This document shows, in pieces, positions 8,598 through 16,051 of a DNA stretch of 32,482 nt (its first letter is position 1; each line of letters opens with the position of its first letter). The translations under genes were made by a program, and so were the position numbers. The stretch covers positions 1-32,482 of the forward strand of contig JAZGDW010000200.1 in the NCBI GenBank assembly GCA_036478295.1, in the 5' to 3' direction. The notes under the pieces were generated by a model that made no database searches, was not told the origin of the DNA, and was given only the letters and a program-made list of their open reading frames with translations. The stretch is from Candidatus Krumholzibacteriia bacterium (lineage in GTDB: Bacteria; Krumholzibacteriota; Krumholzibacteriia; WVZY01).

Positions 8598-11288
8598 CTA
8601 AAAGCCGGTCTCAATACCCACGCGAACAACCATCGGTGGCTGCCAGGCTATCGGCTGCATGAAAAACGGATTTTCCCCCGATAACGGTACCGGATTGCCC
8701 TGGTCATCGACTTTGAAATAACGAACCTGGTCAAAAGCGACCGGCTCCTTCTGGCTGAAAAGATGAAAGATGTCCACGAGAAGTCGTGGCGTAGAACGTC
8801 GTTCGCCAGATGCCCTCGACGCCAGGTCATACGAGAACCTGAGATTGAGATCCCATATCGACGATGTGCGGCCGAACGTTCCTCGCGGCCGCTGGTGCAC
8901 GAGCCAGAACCCCTGGAGCAGGCCAAACTCGCTCAGCGGCGTGCCGCTTTGCCAGGTGAAAAACCCGCCGGCACTTAAGCCCCACCTCGTAGCGTGGGAG
9001 CCATAGATCTTGAACACATGAGGCCGGTCGTTCGGTAACCGTCCTTCGCTGTTTCTCAGCATAGCGGGAAAGTCGAAAGCGGGTCCCGCATTTGCAATCG
9101 AGTTTCTGGAATCGGTATCGAATACCCCCACGTAGTTGCCATAGCTTCTGGAGAGGACGTATGAGGCGCCCAGGCGGTACCGTTCTACGAAGGCTTTTCC
9201 GACCGTCAATTCAAGTGCGGAATAGCGACGAATGGGATCCGGCAGGAAGTCCAGATCCCCCCGCCCCGGATTTCCCCTTTGGAAAAAGCCTGCGGGAACC
9301 CACGCGTCGTCTACGACTTCGCGTTGCTCGCGGTGGATTCCACTGATGCTGGCCTTCCACGTTTCGCCGATGTGGCGTTCGTAGCCCAATATAAATTCGT
9401 CAAAGTGCTGGCCCTTGAGATTCTTGGCAGCCTTCTCGTCGCGGCCGGTTAAAACAAATTGTGTGTCACCCAGGGCGAACGGGTTCGCTCTCGGGTCCTC
9501 TGTATACGTGACGAAGTCCTGGTAAAACTCTGAAAGGAATCTACCGGCGCGCGTGGGAATCTGTTCGTAAAAGCGACCGTACGAGCCAAAGATCTTCTGG
9601 GAACCCAGCTCCCCAATTTGGTAGACCAGACCAACACGGGGTTGGTATTGACCATTGATTTGCTCTGCGAGGTCGCCTTGTGAGTCGTACGAGTAATACC
9701 CATCCCACCTAACCCCCGCATTGAGTCGTAGTCGCTCCGCGGCCCGCCAGGAATCCTGCACAAACACCGAGGGCACGCGCACATGCAACTCTACGTCTTG
9801 CAACAGCGTGTTTGTGCCGAAGCTCGAGTCGGGGAACCTTTCAATCCAACCGGGTACGCCGTCCGGGGTGATCCAGTTCCATTCCGTATCCAGCTTGTTA
9901 TCTTCGTACTCCAAACCGGCTTTGAGCCTGTGGTTTTTCAAATGCCCGGTTCCGACAACGCGACCGGCCCACCGCACGCTGTGGTTATCGAAAACGTTCT
10001 GGTACCCTCCCGACCATTCGCCTGTCAACCAATCCGTAAAGAGAGGCTCATTCCGTCCCGTTTCTGTGGCCGGCTCCACTTTTTCCCTCGTATCGAAACG
10101 GTACACGTTGCCTTCCAGCAGGAATTTGTCGCTGAAGAGGTGCTGCCCATTCAGGGCAACCGTCACACCGCCCGTTGTCCATTTGCTGAGAAACGGGTCC
10201 GCATTGGCCAGACTGATCGGCTGAAGGCCAAACAGGTCTACTCCGATGCGGTCGTTCTGGGATGGATCGCCAAAAGCCACCAGTTCCAGATTGGTTTTCT
10301 TTGTGGCCTGCCAGGTAAGCTTGCTGGCGAACTGGTGGGTGATGAGCTCATCGCGGTGAAACCCAACCCCCGGTATCTCGAGGTCCTCGAACTGAACCGT
10401 GGGATCATATGCTGCATAGTACCAGAGCTTGTCACCCGCGATCGGACCGGAGAGCGACACGCCAATATCATAGCGTGCAAAGTCCTCCAATTTCAATTCA
10501 ATAGGGCCGCGCTGGGTATTTGCGGTCAATGTGTTGTTCGAAAAAAAGGCAAACCCGCTGCCCCTGAATTCGTTGCTACCCGATTGTGTGATAACATCGA
10601 TGATCCCGCCATGCGATCTGCCGTACTCAGCCTGATATCCGCCGCTGATCAGTCTGATCTCTTTGATGAAATTCTGCGGCAACTGCGTACTCGTCTTCGC
10701 AAGATAAGGATCGGTGACGTTGACTCCCTGGATATAATAGGCGTTTTCGGATCCAGTGCTTCCCGCAACATTCGTGCCGTCGCCGAGGAAGCTTGTGTTG
10801 GCCTGCGGAAGGTAGACGACGGCGGAGCGGTAGTCCCTCAGGGTGGGCAGGGTTTCGAGATCTTTGGCCGTGATGTGGCCGCCCAGCTCGGTGACGGTCA
10901 CATCGATCGGCAGCTTGCGTTCGGTGACGACGATTTCGGGAGCTTCGTACACTGTGGGTGTTACCCGGATCTTACCCAACGTGACTGTCTTCCCCAGGCG
11001 AACAACGACGTTCTGGATTGTCATCTGCTGATAACTGACGTGGTAGACCTTGACGGTGTAGGTTCCGGGCGGAAGTCTGAACACGCCAAAGTACCCGTCC
11101 GTGGTAGACATGACACCACGGCTCCCCTGCAGACTCGGGCCGGAGACGACAACGTTGGCAAACGCAACTGGATCGCCCCTGTTGTCTCGGATCCGACCTT
11201 CGATATCTCCTGTAATCTCCTGGGCAAAGATGGCCTGTGCGGGGAACCCCACGAGAAGTACGAACGAAATGACGACAAATGTACGCAC
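8598..11288 (-). CDS. TonB-dependent receptor (Oar-like, N-terminal carboxypeptidase-regulatory-like domain)
   Basis: Signal peptide ending AIFA-Q; GGYQAEYGRSHGGIIDVITQSGSNEFRG plug motif; amphipathic beta strands; C-terminal Phe (RVGIETGF); GTG start after GAGGA. Confidence 0.9.
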   Translation of the reverse strand: MRTFVVISFVLLVGFPAQAIFAQEITGDIEGRIRDNRGDPVAFANVVVSGPSLQGSRGVMSTTDGYFGVFRLPPGTYTVKVYHVSYQQMTIQNVVVRLGKTVTLGKIRVTPTVYEAPEIVVTERKLPIDVTVTELGGHITAKDLETLPTLRDYRSAVVYLPQANTSFLGDGTNVAGSTGSENAYYIQGVNVTDPYLAKTSTQLPQNFIKEIRLISGGYQAEYGRSHGGIIDVITQSGSNEFRGSGFAFFSNNTLTANTQRGPIELKLEDFARYDIGVSLSGPIAGDKLWYYAAYDPTVQFEDLEIPGVGFHRDELITHQFASKLTWQATKKTNLELVAFGDPSQNDRIGVDLFGLQPISLANADPFLSKWTTGGVTVALNGQHLFSDKFLLEGNVYRFDTREKVEPATETGRNEPLFTDWLTGEWSGGYQNVFDNHSVRWAGRVVGTGHLKNHRLKAGLEYEDNKLDTEWNWITPDGVPGWIERFPDSSFGTNTLLQDVELHVRVPSVFVQDSWRAAERLRLNAGVRWDGYYSYDSQGDLAEQINGQYQPRVGLVYQIGELGSQKIFGSYGRFYEQIPTRAGRFLSEFYQDFVTYTEDPRANPFALGDTQFVLTGRDEKAAKNLKGQHFDEFILGYERHIGETWKASISGIHREQREVVDDAWVPAGFFQRGNPGRGDLDFLPDPIRRYSALELTVGKAFVERYRLGASYVLSRSYGNYVGVFDTDSRNSIANAGPAFDFPAMLRNSEGRLPNDRPHVFKIYGSHATRWGLSAGGFFTWQSGTPLSEFGLLQGFWLVHQRPRGTFGRTSSIWDLNLRFSYDLASRASGERRSTPRLLVDIFHLFSQKEPVAFDQVRYFKVDDQGNPVPLSGENPFFMQPIAWQPPMVVRVGIETGF

Positions 11289-11432
11289 CCTATATCCTCG
11301 CGTCGGCCTAGCTTCGGAGATGTGGTGCGAGAAATGCGGGGCAATCGGTGTGCGTTCCGAAAGCGAGGCATGAATCGGATCGTGTGTGTTCACCGTGGCC
11401 GCTAGAAACCACGGGGTTAGTTTGACGCAAAC

Positions 11433-11475
11433 ATTGTATCAGACAATACTCTGGGCACAAGTTGATATTTATCAA
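11433..11475 (-). promoter_or_regulatory. FNR/CRP-family box plus extended -10 (class II-type promoter) for the TonB-dependent receptor
   Basis: Perfect TTGAT-ATTT-ATCAA at 11462-11475; minus-strand TG-A-TACAAT at 11441-11433; box centre about 42 bp from the predicted start site. Confidence 0.7.
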
Positions 11476-11713
11476 GACAGCAGTTGATGGGAGGAAGTTG
11501 TCCCTTCCAATTATACCGTCCACATTGGTATTATTGCACTTCGCGGATGCTTCTCAAAAAACCTGTATTACTGAGAAGTCGTGGTGACTGCTTGTCAGAC
11601 GGTGCCCAGCAGGCGTGAGGTTTAACGCCGTCAGGGCACGGCCGGGAAGCCCTGGCCAGATATTGTCTCAGGCCAGGTATCATAGCCTACAAGGAGCCGA
11701 GCGGGTGCAAACG

Positions 11714-11735
11714 ATTAGCACAATATTAGCACAGT
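11714..11735 (+). repeat. Tandem arm-type-like sites, right end
   Basis: ATTAGCACAAT-ATTAGCACAGT, 11-bp tandem repeat, 10/11 identical. Confidence 0.65.
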
Positions 11736-11768
11736 TGCCCCGACGACATATCGAGCGGGTTTGGTAAC

Positions 11769-11774
11769 TATAAC
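11769..11774 (+). promoter_or_regulatory. -10 element upstream of the tRNA fragment
   Basis: TATAAC 13 bp before tRNA position 1; no good -35. Confidence 0.45.
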
Positions 11775-11787
11775 AATGACAACAGGC

Positions 11788-11825
11788 GCCGGAGTGGCGG
11801 AATGGTAGACGCAGCGGACTTAAAA
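11788..11825 (+). pseudogene. 5' half of tRNA-Leu(UAA), truncated after the anticodon loop
   Basis: GCCGGAG-TG-GCGGAATGGTAGACGC-A-GCGGA-CTTAAAA gives the acceptor 5' strand, Leu-type D arm, anticodon stem 5' strand and loop (TAA at 11821-11823); the expected TCCGC, T arm and acceptor 3' strand are absent. Confidence 0.85.
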
Positions 11826-11853
11826 ACCACCGGCCGCCGAACAAGGCATTGCC

Positions 11854-13770
11854 ATGGGCAAACAGAAGATAGACGAAAAATCCGATCGCCAGCAGTTGCG
11901 GGCGTTTACCAAGGCGCTGCTCGAAGACGTGCAGGCGATCGAGCGCATGCTTGCCGATGGTCTGATCGAATCGGGCGTTCGCCGGATCGGCGCAGAGCAG
12001 GAGATGTTCCTCGTGGACCGCGCCATGCATCCAGCCATGACCGCGCTCGACGTCCTCGAGAGGCTCGACCACCCGCAGTTCGCCACTGAGCTGGGCCTTT
12101 TCAATCTCGAAGTCAACCTCAGCCCCCAGGATTTCGGCGGTGACTGCCTGTGGCGCATGGAGCAGGAGCTCGAGGGCTTGCTGTCGCAGGCCCGCCGGGC
12201 GGCAAAGAGCGTGGAGAGCCGCGTGCTCATGACCGGCATCCTGCCGACGATAAAACAGAAAGACCTCACCCTGGAAGCGATGACGCCCAGCCCGCGCTAC
12301 CTGCAGCTGAACCGCACGATGAGCGAGCACCGCGGCGGTGATTTCAGCATGCTGATCAAGGGGCTCGACGAACTGGGCGTCACTCACGACAACGTCATGT
12401 TCGAAGCCTGCAACACGAGTTTTCAGATTCACTTCCAGGTCAGCGCGGACGAGTTTGCCAACCTGTACAACCTCGCCCAGGCGGTAACGGCGCCGGTCCT
12501 GGCCGCGGCGGTCAATTCCCCCGTCTTCCTGCAGCACCGGCTGTGGCACGAAACGCGCGTGGCGCTCTTTCAACAATCGCTGGATACACGCTCGGAGACC
12601 CACCAGGCCCGTAAGGCGCCGCCGCGCGTCGTGTTCGGTGACAGGTGGGTCAAGGATTCCGTACTCGAGATCTTTCGCGAAGACATCGCCCGCTTCCGCG
12701 TGCTGATCGCGGCCGAGCCGGAGGAGTCGCCGCTGGAGCTGCTCGACCGCGGGGACATTCCGCCGTTGTCGGCGCTCTGCCTGCACAACGGCACCGTGTA
12801 CCGTTGGAATCGTCCCTGCTACGGCATTCGTGACGGGCGGGCGCACCTGCGCATCGAGCACCGGGCGCTGCCGGCGGGGCCGACGGTGGTCGACGAAATG
12901 GCCAACGCCGCGTTTTTCTTCGGACTCATGACGGTGCTCGGCGACAAGTACGACGACATCACAGAGGTCATGACGTTCGATGACGCCAAGAGCAATTTTC
13001 TCCTCGCGGCGCGTTATGGTTTGCAGGCGAGACTGCGCTGGGTCGATGGCAAGGCGATGTCGGCGGAAAAACTGATCCTCAAGGAGCTGCTGCCACTTGC
13101 TCGCAAGGGGCTCCGCTCGCGCAAGATCCGCTCGCGTGACGTCGACCGCTACCTGGGCATTATTGAACGGCGGGTCAAGAGCGGCCAGACCGGGACGCAG
13201 TGGGCGCTGGACTCACTGGCCGCTATGGATCCCGCGAGCCGCACCGAAGAGCGCTACAGGGCTCTGACGGCCTGTATGTACGAGCGCAACCTTGCCGGCA
13301 AACCGGTGCACGAGTGGAAACTGGCGCAGCTCGATGAAGGCATCGACTGGCGCGACAGCTACCGCACTGTGGAACAGGTCATGGCGACGGATCTTTTCAC
13401 GGTACATCCAGAGGATCTTGTCGACCTGGCGGCCAACCTCATGGACTGGGAGCATATCCGCCACGTGCCGGTCGAGGACAACGAGGGAAAACTGGTTGGG
13501 TTGATATCGCACCGCCAGTTGCTGCGGCTTGTCGGGCGCGGGATGAAAACGGGTGCGGAGCCGGTGGCGGTTCGCGAGCTCATGACAAGCGACCCTCTGA
13601 CCATCGGACCGCAGGCGGGATCGCTCGAAGCGATAGAAATCATGCGAAAGAACCGGGTGAGCTGTTTGCCGGTGGTCAAGGATGACAACAAACTGGTGGG
13701 TATCGTGACCGAGGTTGACTTTATCAATGCCGCAGCGAGACTGCTGGAAGAACAACTGCGAGAATCATGA
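11854..13770 (+). CDS. Glutamate--cysteine ligase family 2 (GCS2-like) carboxylate-amine ligase fused to a C-terminal CBS pair
   Basis: IGAEQEMFLVD, ELGLFNLEVN, GILPT, SFQIHFQV, NSP, LRIEHRALPAGPT; CBS repeats IRHVPVED...LVGLIS and VSCLPVV...LVGIVTEVD. Confidence 0.85.
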   Translation: MGKQKIDEKSDRQQLRAFTKALLEDVQAIERMLADGLIESGVRRIGAEQEMFLVDRAMHPAMTALDVLERLDHPQFATELGLFNLEVNLSPQDFGGDCLWRMEQELEGLLSQARRAAKSVESRVLMTGILPTIKQKDLTLEAMTPSPRYLQLNRTMSEHRGGDFSMLIKGLDELGVTHDNVMFEACNTSFQIHFQVSADEFANLYNLAQAVTAPVLAAAVNSPVFLQHRLWHETRVALFQQSLDTRSETHQARKAPPRVVFGDRWVKDSVLEIFREDIARFRVLIAAEPEESPLELLDRGDIPPLSALCLHNGTVYRWNRPCYGIRDGRAHLRIEHRALPAGPTVVDEMANAAFFFGLMTVLGDKYDDITEVMTFDDAKSNFLLAARYGLQARLRWVDGKAMSAEKLILKELLPLARKGLRSRKIRSRDVDRYLGIIERRVKSGQTGTQWALDSLAAMDPASRTEERYRALTACMYERNLAGKPVHEWKLAQLDEGIDWRDSYRTVEQVMATDLFTVHPEDLVDLAANLMDWEHIRHVPVEDNEGKLVGLISHRQLLRLVGRGMKTGAEPVAVRELMTSDPLTIGPQAGSLEAIEIMRKNRVSCLPVVKDDNKLVGIVTEVDFINAAARLLEEQLRES

Positions 13771-13848
13771 CAATGAGTAGCAATCCTACACCGAAACACG
13801 AAGCGCGAGACAATGAGCGGTGATCCTACACAGAAACACGAAGCGCAA
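13769..13848 (+). repeat. 40-bp imperfect tandem duplication covering the start of the deacylase gene
   Basis: GACAATGAGTAGCAATCCTACACCGAAACACGAAGCGCGA / GACAATGAGCGGTGATCCTACACAGAAACACGAAGCGCAA (34/40). Confidence 0.9.
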
Positions 13849-14985
13849 GAGGTCGACGGGCTGCCCGGTGGGCGGGTCATCGGCCGCTACGGCGAACCCG
13901 ACGGGCCGCTGCTCATCGTCGTCGCCGGCCTGCACGGCAACGAGCCCGCCGGCGTCGAGGCTTGCCGGCGCCTGTTCGAGCGGCTCGGGAGTGAGCGATC
14001 GGCCATGCAAGGGCGTGCGGTCGCTTTTATCGGCAACCTCACGGCGTTGGAGCGAGAGGAGCGCTTTGTCGACCGCGACCTCAACCGCATGTGGTCCACC
14101 GAGGACCTGGCGGTGCTGGGGGGCGATTCCTCTCACCACACCGTCGAGCAACGCGAGCAGCGCGAGCTGATCGCATCCATGGAATCCGAGTTGGACAATG
14201 GTCGACACCCGGTCATCGTCATCGATCTGCATTCGACGTCCGCCTTCGGCGCCCCCTTCTGCATTATCAGCGACACGCTGCAAAACCGGCGTATCGCGTT
14301 TCCATGGTCGGTGCCCGTTATTTTGGGTCTGGAGGAGGCGATACACGGCACCATCCAGGAATATTTTGGCGCGCGTGGGTACATTACCGCGGCGGTCGAA
14401 GGCGGGCAGCACAGGGATCCGGAAACCGCGGACCGTCTGGAATCGGTGCTGTGGATCACGCTGGTCACCGCCGGCTTCTTGCGTGAGTCGGATGTCCCCG
14501 GCCTGAGTGCGCACCGGGATTGCCTGCGGCGGGTCTCCCGCGGTCTGCCCTCTGTGGTAGAGGTCTTTTATCGTCACGGGCTGGTGGCGAACAACGGGTT
14601 CGAGATGCAGCCGGGCTTTCGTAACTTCTCCACTGTGCGCAGGGGCCAGCGAGTGGCCCGTGACGGTGACGGTGACATCGTGGCAAGAGCGAACGGCTTG
14701 CTGATCCTCCCCAACTACCAGAAATCCGGAAACGACGGTTTTTTTCTGGGCCGGAGAGTGCCGCGTTTCTGGCTTCAGCTCTCGACACTGGTCAGAAAGG
14801 CGCGTATGGACCGCCTGCTGACCCTCCTTCCCGGCGTGCAGCGCCAGCCATCTGCCCACGGAGACGTGGTCGTGAAGGCGGGGGGACGCCTCGCTCCCCG
14901 GATTCTCCACCTCATGGGGTATCAAAAGCGGGCGTCAGATGGGCGAAATCGGGTCTATCGCCGCCGGCCGGAGGGTCCGGCGTAG
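13813..14985 (+). CDS. Succinylglutamate desuccinylase/aspartoacylase (AstE/AspA, M14-like Zn) family hydrolase
   Basis: AGLHGNEPAG, RFVDRDLNR, IDLHSTS, VEGGQH motifs. Confidence 0.88.
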   Translation: MSGDPTQKHEAQEVDGLPGGRVIGRYGEPDGPLLIVVAGLHGNEPAGVEACRRLFERLGSERSAMQGRAVAFIGNLTALEREERFVDRDLNRMWSTEDLAVLGGDSSHHTVEQREQRELIASMESELDNGRHPVIVIDLHSTSAFGAPFCIISDTLQNRRIAFPWSVPVILGLEEAIHGTIQEYFGARGYITAAVEGGQHRDPETADRLESVLWITLVTAGFLRESDVPGLSAHRDCLRRVSRGLPSVVEVFYRHGLVANNGFEMQPGFRNFSTVRRGQRVARDGDGDIVARANGLLILPNYQKSGNDGFFLGRRVPRFWLQLSTLVRKARMDRLLTLLPGVQRQPSAHGDVVVKAGGRLAPRILHLMGYQKRASDGRNRVYRRRPEGPA

Positions 14986-15104
14986 GGCAGCGAGCCTCTC
15001 GGGGCATGTAACCTTGGGGAAAAACAACCTCATACGAACATTTTCCCACGCCGCAAGAAAGCCGGTGCGGAGCGACCGCAAATGACTTAGATTTCCAATC
15101 AGAG

Positions 15105-15671
15105 GTGGCAAACGTGAAAAGATACCTGAACACGCTGACTGCCGCGGTGCTGATTGCGGCCCCACTCGCTGCGCCCACTGTGGGTGTGGCCGACAAGGCC
15201 AAATCCGCGGTAAAGCCCACGATCGCTCCCAGGACCGAGGACGAACGGGCGAGCGACCGCGTGGTGAGGAGCGAAGAAGAATGGCGGGCGCTTCTCACAG
15301 CGGATCAGTTTTACATCACCCGTCTCAAGGGGACCGAAAAGCCTTTCTCCGGGAAGTACAACGATTTCAAAGGCGACGGCACATTCGTGTGTGTGTCCTG
15401 CGGGAACGAGTTGTTCGATTCGAACACCAAGTTCAAATCGGGCACGGGCTGGCCGAGCTTCTGGGAACCGATCGCGCCCGGCAGAGTCGTTGAGGTAAAG
15501 GATGCGCGGTACGGCTGGGTCCGGATCGAGATCATCTGTAACCGCTGTGACGCGCATCTCGGTCACGTATTCGACGACGGCCCGCGGCCCACGGGCTTGC
15601 GCTACTGCATCAACTCGATTGCACTGGATTTTGTGGAGACGGAGAAGATAGAAAAAGAGAAGAAAGAGTAA
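15105..15671 (+). CDS. msrB: Peptide-methionine (R)-S-oxide reductase with N-terminal signal peptide (start may be GTG at 15114)
   Basis: KGTEKPFSG, CVSC, KFKSGTGWPSF, CNRC, HLGHVFDDGP, RYCINS; KR plus hydrophobic leader. Confidence 0.93.
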   Translation: MANVKRYLNTLTAAVLIAAPLAAPTVGVADKAKSAVKPTIAPRTEDERASDRVVRSEEEWRALLTADQFYITRLKGTEKPFSGKYNDFKGDGTFVCVSCGNELFDSNTKFKSGTGWPSFWEPIAPGRVVEVKDARYGWVRIEIICNRCDAHLGHVFDDGPRPTGLRYCINSIALDFVETEKIEKEKKE

Positions 15672-15672
15672 A

Positions 15673-15695
15673 GCGCCGGTTACCGGCGTTTCTTT
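15673..15695 (+). terminator. Probable intrinsic terminator after msrB
   Basis: GCGCCG-GTTAC-CGGCGT hairpin followed by TTCTTT, immediately after the stop codon. Confidence 0.55.
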
Positions 15696-15836
15696 GAAAA
15701 GCAGGAAGGTCAGGATCCGGCACCCGTGCCGCGCTCTGGCCTTTTTTCGGTGGAAGCCGCGTGCACGCGGGAGTATCATCAATTGACAATGCTTCTGTAC
15801 GAAAAATCGCCAGGTCCAACGTTGTGAGGAGGCAAA

Positions 15837-16046
15837 ATGGTTGATCATGTTTACAAACAAATCGAGCTCACCGGCTCGTCCCCCAAGAATATCGAGGACG
15901 CGGTAGAGAGGGCGGTAAGCAAGGCGTCCAAGAGCATCCACAACATGCGCTGGTTCGAAGTGGTGGATACGCGCGGCCAAATCGACAAGGGCACGATCGC
16001 GCATTGGCAGGTGACGGTCAAGATCGGGTTCACACTCGACGACTGA
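15837..16046 (+). CDS. Dodecin (flavin-binding)
   Basis: 69 aa; [42 protein letters not shown]. Confidence 0.93.
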   Translation: MVDHVYKQIELTGSSPKNIEDAVERAVSKASKSIHNMRWFEVVDTRGQIDKGTIAHWQVTVKIGFTLDD

Positions 16047-16051
16047 AAACC

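Larger units (their letters stand above)
6093..11828. mobile_element. Putative integrase-less integrative element bounded by tRNA-Leu(UAA)-derived att-like repeats
   Basis: 21-bp direct repeat at both ends, a tRNA 5' half at the right end, paired GCACA motifs inside both ends, AT-rich flanks, and cargo unrelated to neighbouring metabolic genes; no recombinase ORF inside. Confidence 0.65.

Noticed and set aside
9783..11405. 540-aa plus-strand ORF
   Set aside because: Antisense shadow of the TonB-dependent receptor with no recognisable motifs
11820..11900. Group I intron interrupting tRNA-Leu(UAA), as in cyanobacteria
   Set aside because: A 638-aa CDS begins 28 bp after the loop; no intron core or 3' exon seen
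11680..14925. Long minus-strand ORFs 11680-12861 and 13786-14925 (likewise 22569-23795 and 24395-25417)
   Set aside because: Antisense shadows of well-supported genes, expected with GC-rich codon usage
15008..15039. ECF-sigma promoter TGTAACC...CGAA before msrB
   Set aside because: The 21-bp spacer is too long for a typical ECF promoter
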